Source: an uncultured bacterium | GTDB lineage: Bacteria > Desulfobacterota_D > UBA1144 > Nemesobacterales > UBA2774 | Length of the DNA: 64,000 nucleotides | NCBI GenBank assembly: GCA_963825135.1 | Contig: CAWGRW010000009.1 | Span: 768,001 to 832,000, forward strand | Direction of reading: 5' to 3' | In this document: in pieces, positions 1 to 10,964 of the stretch | How positions within the stretch are numbered: the stretch's first letter is position 1 | How the letters are laid out: every line of letters begins with the position of its first letter | Program-made: the position numbers and the translations under genes | Notes under the pieces: generated by a model | The model's database searches: none | What the model was told of the DNA's origin: nothing | The model's input: only the letters and a program-made list of their open reading frames with translations

Positions 1-179
1 AGGGGGAATTCGTGGTGCTGACCGGACAGATGGGCGTGTGGGATTCGAAGATCTACCTGACGCCCGCGGATATTTGGCAGTTCGCTTCGATATTCCTGAG
101 GCCCGCCGTTATTTTGTATATACTTAAGATGCCGTTCAGGTCCTTGTTCGGAGACCCGGACGGGAGCGCCGGAAGATAA
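1..179 (+). CDS. 3' end of hypothetical protein (partial, runs off the window)
   Basis: Open frame from position 3 (GEFVVLTGQMGVWDSKIYLTPADIWQF...) to TAA at 177-179; not in the ORF track. Confidence 0.55.
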   Translation, partial: GEFVVLTGQMGVWDSKIYLTPADIWQFASIFLRPAVILYILKMPFRSLFGDPDGSAGR

Positions 180-315
180 AACGGTGGTGTGATTAAGCGG
201 CGCTTGTCACCGTGACGGGCGGTCCGGATGAGCGGGTAATTGAAAAGGGGGCTTGAAACTTAGTAAAGGAATTCTTAGACTTTTATTATACAAATCTGAA
301 AAGGAGGGGCTTAGG

Positions 316-804
316 ATGATAGATAATTTCGATGACTATGATTCCGATATTCCCGTTAACTATCGAGGCTTCGATCTCTCCGATGTGGATTATAACGAAC
401 TACCAGGGCTCATGGAAAAAATAGACACTATCCATGAAGACATGGATAGAATTAAAAACCTCTCCAGTAAATTAATCGGCATCTACGAATCTTCCGAATC
501 GGCCGGAGGCGCCTTGCCGGACAAGAGCAACCCCGTGTACGAGAGGTTCATCGATGAAGGCATAAAAGAATACGGCGAGGACAGGGGCAGAGAGCTGGTC
601 GAGCTTCTCCTGGGCGGCCCCCAGGAATCACCCAAGCATCAGATCGCCAAGGCGAAGGCGCTCCTCATATCATACGAAAGGCTTTTCGAGGACGAAGAGT
701 CCGAGCCGATCAACCCCTCTCAATTCGAGGAGAGCGACATATTCAAGACTATCAAGAAGCTCACGGGGAATAAAAACCTGTTCCCGGCGCTGAACTCGCA
801 GTAA
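316..804 (+). CDS. Hypothetical acidic protein
   Basis: ORF 253..804; ATG at 316 follows AAGGAGG; no recognisable motif. Confidence 0.65.
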   Translation: MIDNFDDYDSDIPVNYRGFDLSDVDYNELPGLMEKIDTIHEDMDRIKNLSSKLIGIYESSESAGGALPDKSNPVYERFIDEGIKEYGEDRGRELVELLLGGPQESPKHQIAKAKALLISYERLFEDEESEPINPSQFEESDIFKTIKKLTGNKNLFPALNSQ

Positions 805-851
805 CAGCGGGGTGATTTCGCGAAGGGGATCCCCCGATAATAAAACAGAGC

Positions 852-1829
852 CTAACCGAGGCGCCCCAGCACTTCAGGGTTGACGAGGTGCATTGGCGTT
901 TTTCCGCCGAGCGCAAGCTCGACGCTTTCGACAGCCATCTCAATCATCCTTATTCTCGTTTCCGCAGACGCGCTCCCTATGTGGGGAAGGAGCACCGTAT
1001 TTTTTAGCTTAAGCAGCTCGGGGCACACATCAGGCTCGCTCTCATATACATCCAGCCCCGCGCCCCATATCATCCCCGCCCCGAGGGCTTCGGCAAGCTC
1101 TCTCTCCTTGATTATCGGACCCCTTCCGACGTTCACAATAATTGAAGAAGGCTTCATTTGCCTGAACTCTTCGAGACCGAACCGCCCCCTCGTTTCCGAA
1201 TTAAGGGGAGAGGAGACTATGATAAAATCAGATTCCTTAAGGAGATTCGGAAAGTCCGTGTAGACAGCCCCCGTTTCCCTCTCGGCCTCCGCGTTCCTTT
1301 TCCTGTTGTTGTATATGATCCTCATCCCGAATCCCGCTGCCCTCCGGGCAGCCGCCGTGCCGATACGCCCCATGCCGAAGATACCGAGGGTCTTGCCGTG
1401 TATATTCTGCCCCAGAAGCAGAGACGGGTGCCAGGATTTGAAATCCCCCCGCCTTACATACGAGTCCGCTTCGATGACCCTCCGGGCAGCCGAAATCATC
1501 AGCGCCCACGCGAGGTCGGCTGTGGTTTCCGTGAGGACATCGGGCGTATTCGTGACCATGACACCCCTCTTAGTCGCGTATGGCACGTCTATGTTCTCAT
1601 ATCCGACGCCGCAGTTGGATACTATCTTAAGGCCCGGAAGAAGGTCGATGAACTCTTTGTCGATTTTATCGGAGACAGTCGAAATGACGGCTATTGAGCC
1701 GGCCGCGCCATCCAGCAGCTCCGCCCTCGTAGGCAGACGCTCCCCCACGAATTCCTGTACAAGGTATTCCGTCCTGAGCCGCTCGAACGCTTTCCCCGGA
1801 TACTGTGCGCTGACATATATTTTTTGCAT
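852..1829 (-). CDS. D-glycerate dehydrogenase / glyoxylate reductase (D-2-hydroxyacid dehydrogenase family)
   Basis: VTNTPDVLT, GMGRIG Rossmann motif, NVGRG, GLDVYE, LPHIGSA motifs. Confidence 0.92.
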   Translation of the reverse strand: MQKIYVSAQYPGKAFERLRTEYLVQEFVGERLPTRAELLDGAAGSIAVISTVSDKIDKEFIDLLPGLKIVSNCGVGYENIDVPYATKRGVMVTNTPDVLTETTADLAWALMISAARRVIEADSYVRRGDFKSWHPSLLLGQNIHGKTLGIFGMGRIGTAAARRAAGFGMRIIYNNRKRNAEAERETGAVYTDFPNLLKESDFIIVSSPLNSETRGRFGLEEFRQMKPSSIIVNVGRGPIIKERELAEALGAGMIWGAGLDVYESEPDVCPELLKLKNTVLLPHIGSASAETRIRMIEMAVESVELALGGKTPMHLVNPEVLGRLG

Positions 1830-1903
1830 TGTATATTTCCCGGCCCCCCCTCCGGCGCGCCGTTAACCCGCCGGCCAACCATCTCCCAAATTTGATACAG
1901 AGG

Positions 1904-3211
1904 CTATTTCTCAAACGGGTCGGGTATTTCCGGGTGCCACAGCTTGAAATGGTTCTTGTGGTTCTCGGTGTAGGCGCCCGGCGGATAGTACTTGTCGTAA
2001 AAATCCAGGTCCAGGTGGTGGGCCTGCACCATGAACCTCAGGAACATTGGGTCCGAGAACGCCGGGAACCTGCCGTACGTATCGTAGACGTAGTTGCAGA
2101 TATCCTTTACCACCTGTATCTCTTCCTTGCTCGGCCTCTCCACTTCCTGGAGCACCCCTTCGGGATTCTTGAACGGCATGGTATGGGACTCCCAGTTTGT
2201 CCACTTCATATCGTTTAACGCCTCGACCGCCTCTCCCATGTCCTTGTAATAGGGGGGACAGAAGGCCTGGAAATGGCCGTCCTTTCCGACCGCGACGGGG
2301 TTCGGATTACCCGTCTCGCCCTTTAGCTGGGGTGTGACGAACCTGAACCCGAGACCCCTGTTAAAGGGAGTGCCGCCCAGCATGAACATGCTCGCGAAAC
2401 CGCTGAAGAGCCATCCGCCGAGTCCGAGCGCCTGGAGCGTAAGCGCCATGTTCTGTCCCATGAACGCCTGCTCGGCTATGTAGCCGTTCGCGAACCTGAG
2501 CTCGGCTTCTATGAGCGGCATCCTCTTCCCGAGGTCGAGGAAGCCCTTTTTCTGCCATTCGGCGGTTCCGGGCGCCCTCATGCCGTGAAGCTCGTCGACG
2601 AAATTAAATCTGTGGTCGGGGCGCATGTAGAAGAAATAAAGATTGATGATGCAGGCGGAGAGGTCCGTTACGGGCATGAACAGCGTCGTACCGGGTTTAT
2701 TCACGTTCCAGAGGTTATGCGCGGCTAGTCCGGGCGGTTTGGAAGGAAGGTCGGCGCGCTTGTCCTCGAGCGTTATCCTGGACTCCCTGAAGAGCTCGAG
2801 TATACGGTCTACCCTCTTCTCCCGGCTAAGGCCTTCGAGACCCCTGAAATCATCTGGCCGCTTGTCGTGGAGCTTTACCATGTACGTGCCTTCGTCGTTG
2901 GTGTAGAAAAGCTCCGTCCTGTGAACGTCGCCTAGCGCGGGGATCGTCCTGCTCGTGAACTGCATCTCGAGATCGAGTCCCACGTGCGGGGGAAAATCCG
3001 AAAGGTTGATGTTTTTTACGCCTAAGCCGTTCCAGACTATTATCGCCTCTTCGAGCTCCGAGAGTGGGACCGGTGCGTGTCCGGATTTGTAGGCGAGCGG
3101 CCCTTTCTCGATCTCCATGCCGAGGCCGAACCTCCTCGACCTCCTCTCAAATACGGCGTCCATGAATTTATAATCGACGGCAACGTCGAGCCCCGGCGGA
3201 TATTTGCCCAT
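1904..3211 (-). CDS. Nitroreductase-superfamily (SagB-like) FMN oxidoreductase, uncharacterised
   Basis: N-terminal RRSRRF, PLSELE, RTIP..G..H..ELF and GQNMALTLQALGLGGW segments resemble the nitroreductase/SagB fold. Confidence 0.55.
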   Translation of the reverse strand: MGKYPPGLDVAVDYKFMDAVFERRSRRFGLGMEIEKGPLAYKSGHAPVPLSELEEAIIVWNGLGVKNINLSDFPPHVGLDLEMQFTSRTIPALGDVHRTELFYTNDEGTYMVKLHDKRPDDFRGLEGLSREKRVDRILELFRESRITLEDKRADLPSKPPGLAAHNLWNVNKPGTTLFMPVTDLSACIINLYFFYMRPDHRFNFVDELHGMRAPGTAEWQKKGFLDLGKRMPLIEAELRFANGYIAEQAFMGQNMALTLQALGLGGWLFSGFASMFMLGGTPFNRGLGFRFVTPQLKGETGNPNPVAVGKDGHFQAFCPPYYKDMGEAVEALNDMKWTNWESHTMPFKNPEGVLQEVERPSKEEIQVVKDICNYVYDTYGRFPAFSDPMFLRFMVQAHHLDLDFYDKYYPPGAYTENHKNHFKLWHPEIPDPFEK

Positions 3212-3371
3212 TTCTCGTGATCCCCCTGTGATTTTTGAAGGTTAGTGTAGCAAAATTGAAAGTTTAATCCAAATCGCGCTGAAAATAGAAAATATATTGA
3301 TAGCCATGCCGTAATTCATCAAATATACTTTCATATGCCCGGTTCGATTTCGAACTCGATACGGCTCGAAC

Positions 3372-4110
3372 ATGAGATACGGTCTCCGAATTGACACGCC
3401 CTTACTTATTGGATTAGTACTGACGATCGTCTTCATCGCGTCATGTTATCCGTCTGGATACAACATCCCCCCGCCGCCCCCTTTTGCTCCTCAGCCGAAT
3501 GTGCAGACGAGCGGGGACAGCGTGAGGATCACGGTTATCCCTTCATACTGGACGGGGTCCCCGGGGAACCTTCAGAATTACGTAACGCCATTTTATATAC
3601 AAATCGAGAACTTTTCCGGTCAAACCATCGGATTCGATTACAGCGATATCGTTTTATTCGACCAGTTCAGGACCCAGTACAGCCCGCTCAACCCGGAGGC
3701 AGTGGCTGACATAGTCAGGTCCTCGGCTCCGGCATACGCCTATCCCGTATATCCGAATGTATCCATAGGCGTAGGGGGCGGGTATTACGGAGGCTTCTAC
3801 AGGGGCGGATGGGGCCCTTACTCGGCCGTACTGGAGGCCGTTCGGGTTCTATGCATTTAACCCGATATGGTACTATCCTCAGCCCGCTTATTATTACGCA
3901 AGGCCCCCCCAGAGCACGAAGGACGTTATCACGGAGGCGCTCGCGCCCGGGACAATCGCCCCGAATGCTTCCATAAGGGGCTATATATTTTTCAAACAGA
4001 TTCCGGGCGGTGTAACAGGGGTCACGCTCGACATAGGTTACGGCATAGAAGGAACGCCCGTATCCCGCACGCTATCGTTCCAGTTCCCGGTGCTTTCGGG
4101 CGGCCAATGA
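3372..4110 (+). pseudogene. Putative lipoprotein interrupted by a +1 frameshift near 3823 (pseudogene or sequencing error)
   Basis: Lipobox FIASC; frame 1 stops at 3860, but the +1 frame continues PYWRPFGFYAFNPIWYYPQPAYYY...GYIFFKQIP...LSGGQ to TGA at 4108-4110. Confidence 0.7.
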
Positions 4111-4190
4111 CCTATCGAGAGTACGCGGTCTATTTTCTTTTGATGAACTAACGGGGTTTCCCGGCTATTCGTTCCCGAGCCGGGCGGGCT

Positions 4191-5279
4191 TCATTTTACC
4201 CTCTCACTTCCGAGCTCTTTCAGCCTGCTGTAAAGCTCTTTTTCTTCGTGAGAGACCTTCTTGGGTATTTCGACCTGAATCCTGACGTACAGGTCGCCGC
4301 GTCTCCCGCTCCTGAAACCCGGAAGCCCCTCGTTAGGTATGCGCATTACAGTACCGGGCTGCGTTCCCGGCGGGACCTTCATCTCGATCTCGCCCGTGAG
4401 CGTAGGGATATCGAGCTTGGTCCCGAGTACGGCATCGGAGACCCGAATTTGCTCCGTCCTGTGGAGGTGTTCCCCTCTCCGCTCGAACCTCGGATCGTCT
4501 TCCGTCCGGATTATGACTATCAAATCCCCGGGCGGGCCCCCCGGCTCGGGGCTCGTATTCCCTCTCCCGGTGACGCGAAGAGCCACGCCCTCCTCTATCC
4601 CCTCGGGAATCTTGATCTTGATCTCGCTCTTTTCGTCAACTTCCCCCCTTCCCCCGCAGGCTGGACAAAATTCCTCTATTATCGAGCCCTTTCCCTTGCA
4701 CCCCGGGCAGATGGCGACCTGCTGGAAAGTCATGCCCTGCTGACGGCTCGTATAGACCTTCTGACCCGCCCCCCCGCACTCGGAACAGGTTTTGGGCTCG
4801 GTCCCGGGTTTCGCCCCCGACCCCTTGCAATCAGGGCAGGCGGCCTTCCGCCCGTATGCCACGGTCTCTTCGCCGCCGGTAAGTATCTTTTTCAGGGGCA
4901 CGGTAATTTCAACCTCTATATCCCTGCCCCTCGCGGGCCCTCTCCTCCTCCCGAATCCGAATATCTCATCGAAAAGGCCTCCCCCTACGCCGCCCCCGCC
5001 GAATATGTCCCCGAAGTTGATTCCGCTGAATATATCCTCGGCGGACATCCCGTCGAGGGCGGAAAACCCTCCCCTGTCATAGCGGGAGCGCTTCTCGGAA
5101 TCGGACAGGACTCCGTAGGCCTCCGAGAGCTCTTTGAATTTCTCCTCGGCGTCGGGCGCGTCGTTGTGATCGGGATGATACTGCATGGCAAGCCTGCGGT
5201 ATGCCTTTTTTATTTCCTGCTGGCTCGCGCCTCTTTCGACGTCAAGTACCTCGTAATAATCTCTTTTTCCATTGGCCAT
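4191..5279 (-). CDS. dnaJ: Molecular chaperone DnaJ
   Basis: J-domain (DYYEVL, HPD), G/F-rich region, four CxxCxGxG zinc-finger repeats, C-terminal substrate-binding domain. Confidence 0.95.
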   Translation of the reverse strand: MANGKRDYYEVLDVERGASQQEIKKAYRRLAMQYHPDHNDAPDAEEKFKELSEAYGVLSDSEKRSRYDRGGFSALDGMSAEDIFSGINFGDIFGGGGVGGGLFDEIFGFGRRRGPARGRDIEVEITVPLKKILTGGEETVAYGRKAACPDCKGSGAKPGTEPKTCSECGGAGQKVYTSRQQGMTFQQVAICPGCKGKGSIIEEFCPACGGRGEVDEKSEIKIKIPEGIEEGVALRVTGRGNTSPEPGGPPGDLIVIIRTEDDPRFERRGEHLHRTEQIRVSDAVLGTKLDIPTLTGEIEMKVPPGTQPGTVMRIPNEGLPGFRSGRRGDLYVRIQVEIPKKVSHEEKELYSRLKELGSERVK

Positions 5280-5470
5280 GTGCAAAACCTATAATAGCTC
5301 TTATTTCTTATATAAAAATCATTCCCCTCTTTTCAAGTCAGGATTATACGCAAATCCGGGCTTATTGAGGGCGCGACCCGGTACAGAGCGGGATATTCTA
5401 TACGAAAATAACCGCGAATCCCATATCAAAACGTGGAGATAAATTCAGGGATCGGAAAGAAGGACGCGGG

Positions 5471-8203
5471 CTATGAGGATAAGGATTGCCGTAAGTATCT
5501 GCCGGTGTGAGATTTCCCGGACTTTGAGACCTCTTCCGGAGTCCCTGTGGCAATAACGTATCCCCCCTCGTCCCCGCCCTCGGGACCTAAGTCGAGCACA
5601 TGGTCCGCCGACTTTATTACGTCGAGGTTGTGCTCCACGACCAGCACGGTATTGCCCGCGAGAACGAGCTTGTTAATCACTTCGAGCAGCTTCCTGACGT
5701 CCTCTGCGTGAAGCCCGACTGTAGGCTCGTCGAGTATGTACAGTATGTCCTTGCCGCCTTTTCTCCCGAGCTCTCTGGCTATTTTTATCCTCTGGGCCTC
5801 CCCTCCCGAAAGCGTGGGGGCAGCCTGGCCGAGCCTTACGTAGCTCATGCCCACGTCCTGGAGTATCCGGAGCTTCCTGCCGATAGCCGGCACATCGTAA
5901 AAGAAATTAATAGCCTCGTTGACGGTGAGAGAAAGTATCTCGTCGATGTTCTTGTTCCTGAACTGTACCGAGAGCACCTCCTTGTTAAACCTCTTGCCCC
6001 CGCACTCCTCGCACGTAATGAACACGTCGGCCAGAAAGTGCATCTCTATCTGCTGAACGCCCTCGCCCTCACATGTCTCGCACCTGCCCCCCGGGACGTT
6101 GAATGAAAAATGGGACGGGGTAAGCCCCTTCGATTTCGCCTGCCAGGTCCCGGCCATCGCCTTTCTTATCTCGTCATACGCCTTGATATACGTTACGGGA
6201 TTAGACCTCGAGCTCTTCCCGATCGGGTTCTGATCGAGCATGATCACGTCCGACAAATACTCCGCACCCCTGATCTCCTTGTACCTGCCTACCCTCTCGA
6301 CCTCGCCCCTGAACTTTCTCGCAAGGGCCGAATAAATTACATCGTTCACAAGCGAGCTCTTCCCCGAGCCCGAAACCCCGGTTACGCAGACGAACGTCCT
6401 GAGCGGAAAGGAAACGGTCAGGTTTTTCAGGTTGTTCTCCTCCGCCCCGATGACGGTCAGCGATTTCCCGCTCCCCTTCCGTCTTTTAAGCGGGGCCTCT
6501 ATTTCCGTCTTCCCGGTTATATACCTCTTCGTGAGGGTCTCGACCGGGTTATCGAGCAGCTCTTTCACCTCACCCTGAAAGACGATATCCCCGCCCCTTT
6601 CGCCCGCGAGTGGACCGAGCTCGACTACGTGGTCGGCTGACCTTATCATCTCAAAATCGTGCTCGACCACGACGACCGTATTGTCCCTGTCCCTGAGCTC
6701 CCTGATGAGAGAGATGAGACGGTCGATGTCCCTGGGGTGAAGCCCGATCGACGGCTCGTCCATGATATAAAGCGTGTCCGTAAGCGTAGCCCCCAGCTGG
6801 CACGCGAGGTTCACCCGCTGCGCCTCGCCCCCGGACAGGGTCTTCGAAAGACGGGCGAGCGTGAGGTATTCGAGACCGACCTTGATCAGGAAATCTATCC
6901 TCGATCTAATCTGCTTTAAAATTTCGTGGGCGATGTTTCTTTCATACTCGCTGAGCGTAAGCTCTTCGAAGAACTTTCCGAGCCCGTCTATCGGCAAAAG
7001 CGAAAGCTCGAAGATATTCATGCCCCCTACCTTTACCCAGAGAGCCTCCTTGACGAGCCGCGATCCCCGGCAGTCATCGCACATGAACGCCGATCTGTAC
7101 TTACTGAGAAATACCCTCACGTGCATCTTGTAGTTTTTTTCCTCAAGGTGCCTGAAAATCCCTGCAACACCCGGAAATCCGCCCTCTCCTTCGAAGACGA
7201 GCTCTTTTTCCCTGTCCGTAAGCGCTTCATACGGCTTATCCGTATATATCCCCCTCTCCTCCGCGAAACGGAGGAGCTTTCTCATCTGGGGTTTCAGGGA
7301 CGGCTTGGTCAGGGGCTCTATTGCGCCTCCGGACAGGCTTTTCCCGGGATTCGGAACGACGAGGTCGGGGTCCAGACCGAGTATATTGCCGAACCCCTTG
7401 CAACCAGGACAGGCGCCCTGCGGGCTGTTGAAGGAAAAAAGGAGCGGAGTAGGCTCATTAAACTTCATATGACATTCGGGACATTCGAGGTCCGCCGAGT
7501 ACCTGAGAGTCTCGCCGCCGACTATGCGGACGTTCACATGCCTGCCCTCCTCAAAGGCGAGCTCGAGCGAGCCGACGATCCTGGAGCGGGATTTTTTCTC
7601 TATAACAAGCCTGTCGAGGACGATCTCCGAACCCTTCGGGACCTTCGGCAGGCCCTCGACCTCGATGATTTCGCCTGCTGTTATGATTCTCGTGAAGCCG
7701 TTAGATAACAGCTCGGCAGGGGTAAGATTTAGATTCCCGGGGGGGAACGTGATTAAAGCCCTTTTCCCCTCATGGTCGCTCAACAGTTCCCCGGCTATGT
7801 CCCCGGGGGACCTGTGCCTGACCTCCCTTCCGCATTCGGGGCAGAAGATCCTGCCGACTTTAGCAAAAAGGAGTCTCAGATAATCATATACTTCCGTGGT
7901 CGTCCCCACGGTCGAGCGCGAGTTCCTGACCGTATTCCTGCTCTCGATCGCGACTGCGGGAGGGAGCCCCGATATATCGTCCATATCCGGGCGGTCGACA
8001 CGCTCGAGGAACTGCCTCGCATAGGTCGACAAGCACTCGATGTACCTCCTGAGCCCCTCGGCGTAGAGCGTATCGAGGGCGAGCGAGGACTTTCCCGAGC
8101 CGCTCAATCCGGTTATAACCGTATATCTATGCCAGGGGATGGAAACGGTTACGTTCTTTAGGTTGTTCTCCCTGGCTCCCTCGATCCTTATCTCGCCTTT
8201 CAT
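5471..8203 (-). CDS. uvrA: Excinuclease ABC subunit A (possibly a secondary paralog)
   Basis: Two ABC ATPase modules (GLSGSGKSS, GVSGSGKSS, LSGGEAQR x2), zinc fingers, NSRSTVGT. Confidence 0.93.
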   Translation of the reverse strand: MKGEIRIEGARENNLKNVTVSIPWHRYTVITGLSGSGKSSLALDTLYAEGLRRYIECLSTYARQFLERVDRPDMDDISGLPPAVAIESRNTVRNSRSTVGTTTEVYDYLRLLFAKVGRIFCPECGREVRHRSPGDIAGELLSDHEGKRALITFPPGNLNLTPAELLSNGFTRIITAGEIIEVEGLPKVPKGSEIVLDRLVIEKKSRSRIVGSLELAFEEGRHVNVRIVGGETLRYSADLECPECHMKFNEPTPLLFSFNSPQGACPGCKGFGNILGLDPDLVVPNPGKSLSGGAIEPLTKPSLKPQMRKLLRFAEERGIYTDKPYEALTDREKELVFEGEGGFPGVAGIFRHLEEKNYKMHVRVFLSKYRSAFMCDDCRGSRLVKEALWVKVGGMNIFELSLLPIDGLGKFFEELTLSEYERNIAHEILKQIRSRIDFLIKVGLEYLTLARLSKTLSGGEAQRVNLACQLGATLTDTLYIMDEPSIGLHPRDIDRLISLIRELRDRDNTVVVVEHDFEMIRSADHVVELGPLAGERGGDIVFQGEVKELLDNPVETLTKRYITGKTEIEAPLKRRKGSGKSLTVIGAEENNLKNLTVSFPLRTFVCVTGVSGSGKSSLVNDVIYSALARKFRGEVERVGRYKEIRGAEYLSDVIMLDQNPIGKSSRSNPVTYIKAYDEIRKAMAGTWQAKSKGLTPSHFSFNVPGGRCETCEGEGVQQIEMHFLADVFITCEECGGKRFNKEVLSVQFRNKNIDEILSLTVNEAINFFYDVPAIGRKLRILQDVGMSYVRLGQAAPTLSGGEAQRIKIARELGRKGGKDILYILDEPTVGLHAEDVRKLLEVINKLVLAGNTVLVVEHNLDVIKSADHVLDLGPEGGDEGGYVIATGTPEEVSKSGKSHTGRYLRQSLSS

Positions 8204-8289
8204 GTCTATGCCGATGCCCTTAATCCGATTGTAAGTATGAATAGAAACCGGTCTACCCGGCGGGTCGTGATTACGGTAAATTCTTTGAA

Positions 8290-8997
8290 TTATTCGATCA
8301 GGCCGATTATTTCGGAGAGCTCGCTAACCTCTTTGACTTCGGTATCGTTGAATCTCTTAATTTTTCTGCCGTTATACCATATCACATCCGAGCCCGCATT
8401 TAACGCGCCCATGACGTCCGTCCCGTACATATCGCCCACATGCACCGCTTCACCCGTCGAAATCCCCATCCTGTCGGCGGCGAATTTGAATATGCGCGGG
8501 TCGGGTTTAATCATGTCCAGATTCGTCGAATCGAAAACGAAATCGAAATACTGCCTGATGCCGACTTCCTCGCATTTCTCCGCCGTATAGCCGTCGTTGT
8601 TGGAAATGACTGCGAGCATGTATCCCTTTCCCTTGAGGGAATCGAGCAGTTCCGCGGCGCCCGGCAGCAGGGACCTCGAAAAATCGATCTCGCTCATTAC
8701 CCTTCTTACTTCCTGACGGAATTTATCGATATCGAACGCAGGAGAAAGCGATTCATAGAGAATCGGGAAGAACCATTCACGGTGCTCCATCGGACTGATT
8801 CCGCCCCTCTCCTTGTGTTTTAAAAACAATTTATAGTCCGCTTTGACATACTCGGATTCAAATTCATTATCAGTAATATCGAAACCGGCCTTCCTCATCG
8901 CCATTGCGATTCTGAAGATAAAAGGCGGATCGGTCGATGCGAGCGTATCGCCGAAATCGAAGAAAAATGCTTTTTTGGTGCCCTGTCTGCTCTTCAT
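8290..8997 (-). CDS. HAD-superfamily hydrolase
   Basis: FFDFGDTL motif I, VISN, KPDPRIF, HVGD...DVMGA; start chosen at ATG 8997. Confidence 0.88.
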   Translation of the reverse strand: MKSRQGTKKAFFFDFGDTLASTDPPFIFRIAMAMRKAGFDITDNEFESEYVKADYKLFLKHKERGGISPMEHREWFFPILYESLSPAFDIDKFRQEVRRVMSEIDFSRSLLPGAAELLDSLKGKGYMLAVISNNDGYTAEKCEEVGIRQYFDFVFDSTNLDMIKPDPRIFKFAADRMGISTGEAVHVGDMYGTDVMGALNAGSDVIWYNGRKIKRFNDTEVKEVSELSEIIGLIE

Positions 8998-9228
8998 TTC
9001 CTCAAGGAAAAATTTTCGCCTGCCTCTCGCCTTCCGGCTACAGAAAATGATAGCATAACTGTAAAGTTCCACTAATCCCGATAATGGGGAAAATGAAATT
9101 GGTATTCTTTCGACCGCCTTTTTTCATTCCACCGGAAAGAAAATACTGTATTAATCGGAACGGTTCCGATAAGATTGTTTTTTTTCTTTGCAATGAAATC
9201 ACGGAGGTGTTAAAATATTTTTCCAATT

Positions 9229-10671
9229 ATGAGATGGTACTTAACTCCTATGCTCGCGGTCATGCTCGTCGCCGCTTCAATTCCGACAGCATCGTCAGCA
9301 ACCAGCACAGCCACCGCGTACTCAGCGAAAATTGAAACCCTGCTCCCCAAGGAAGCGAGGAACAACGGCAAACTCGGCGTCCTGGTCAAGTCCCTCACTT
9401 CCGGAGAAACGATCTACGAGCATAATGCGCAGAATCTGTTTATTCCCGCTTCGAATGAAAAAATTATCACCTCCGTCGCGTCTCTCTCGCTTTTGAAACG
9501 AGACTACAGGTTCAAAACCGAATTCTACAGCGGCGGCGGATTATCAAAGGGCGTACTCCACGGCGGCCTGTATGTCAAAGGTTACGGGGACCCTACCCTC
9601 GGTGAACCGCACCTCGGATTCATAGTATATGAAATCAAGAAACGGGGCATAAAGGAGATAAAGGACGGAATAACCGTCGACGACTCCTATTTCAGCGGGA
9701 CCAGGCGGGCGGAAGGATGGAAGGAGGAATGGACAGACGATTTTTACAGCCCCCCGATAAGCGCGCTGTCATTCAACTACAACACTATCGAAGTGAAGGT
9801 CACGGCTTCAAAATCGGGGCAGAAGCCGACTATAACAATTCTGCCCGAAGGTTCTAATATAGCTATCGTTAATGGTGCGGTGACGAGCTCAAAACAGGGA
9901 GTGCTCACGACGACATGGAAAGATGAACAGACGATAATCGTGGGCGGAAGAATCAGATCGAAAGCATCGGTGCTTCTCAAAATCCCCGTACAGAACCCAA
10001 CGCTTCTCACCGGCAATATATTGAAGAACGCTCTTGAGGAAGCCGGGGTCAAGGTTTCCGGACCCGTCGTTATGGGCGAGGTGCCGAAATGGGCCACCAT
10101 TTTCTTCACGCACTACTCAGACCCGCTCTCCTCGATTATCACGGAGTACCTTAAGAACAGCGTCAATATCATAGGTGAAAACCTTATTAAAACCCTCGCG
10201 GCTGAATTTAAAGGCGCGCCGGGGTCCTGGGAAAACGGTTCGTCCGTAATCTCGGAATTTTTAAACAGGATCGGCATCAAAGACGGATTCAGGGTAGTTG
10301 ACGGCTCAGGCCTGTCGCTGCTGAACCGCGTGTCGCCCGAGACCCTGACCGATGTACTGAGCTACGCTTATACGAACAGGGTCATAGCTTCCGACTTTAT
10401 AGATTCGCTTCCGATTGCAGGCGTGGACGGAACGCTGAAGAAGAGATTCAGGCAGTCGGATGTCCAGGGCAGAGTAATGGCGAAGACGGGCTATCTCAAC
10501 AACGTAAGGGCCCTTTCCGGTTACGTTTTCACAAAACAGGGGGATGTGCTGGTATTTTCGATACTCGATAACGGACTCGGGTGGAAGACAAAGGAATTCC
10601 AGAGCAATCTCCTTTCCGAACTCGTCGGATGCTGCGTGGCAGGGGCTATAGGCAATTCAACTGTTAATTAA
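9229..10671 (+). CDS. dacB: D-alanyl-D-alanine carboxypeptidase/endopeptidase (PBP4, peptidase S13)
   Basis: Signal peptide, PASNEK (SxxK), SVN, KTG, DGSGLS, GVDGTL motifs. Confidence 0.93.
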   Translation: MRWYLTPMLAVMLVAASIPTASSATSTATAYSAKIETLLPKEARNNGKLGVLVKSLTSGETIYEHNAQNLFIPASNEKIITSVASLSLLKRDYRFKTEFYSGGGLSKGVLHGGLYVKGYGDPTLGEPHLGFIVYEIKKRGIKEIKDGITVDDSYFSGTRRAEGWKEEWTDDFYSPPISALSFNYNTIEVKVTASKSGQKPTITILPEGSNIAIVNGAVTSSKQGVLTTTWKDEQTIIVGGRIRSKASVLLKIPVQNPTLLTGNILKNALEEAGVKVSGPVVMGEVPKWATIFFTHYSDPLSSIITEYLKNSVNIIGENLIKTLAAEFKGAPGSWENGSSVISEFLNRIGIKDGFRVVDGSGLSLLNRVSPETLTDVLSYAYTNRVIASDFIDSLPIAGVDGTLKKRFRQSDVQGRVMAKTGYLNNVRALSGYVFTKQGDVLVFSILDNGLGWKTKEFQSNLLSELVGCCVAGAIGNSTVN

Positions 10672-10907
10672 CCATCATGATTGTCCGGGTTCCCGGAATT
10701 GATTTTTGGAGAACGAAAAAGTAAAGTGTATTCAGAGGCGGGAATTTCATCCCAAAACCATTGTTTATTGATATTAATAACGCTGCCGCATTTTGATTCT
10801 GTTCAAATACACTGTGTACGAGGTCGGCTATAGCCTCGGCAATAAGGCAATGGGAGACGGCGTTCAGCAACAAAATCTGGAGTATTTCCCGAGAAGGTAA
10901 GTTTTAC

Positions 10908-10936
10908 TTGACAAATAAAGTAGAAAACTTTATTTT
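10908..10936 (+). promoter_or_regulatory. Putative sigma-70 promoter of the gsp operon
   Basis: TTGACA-17 nt-TATTTT upstream of gspC in an AT-rich intergenic region. Confidence 0.45.
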
Positions 10937-10964
10937 TTTAGGTAAATTTAACTATTCTACTTAA

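Noticed and set aside
3867..4151. 94-aa ORF after the lipoprotein gene
   Set aside because: Wrong frame; the coding signal belongs to the frameshifted continuation ending at 4110
4248..5294. 348-aa ORF antisense to dnaJ
   Set aside because: Shadow of a well-supported gene; no motifs of its own
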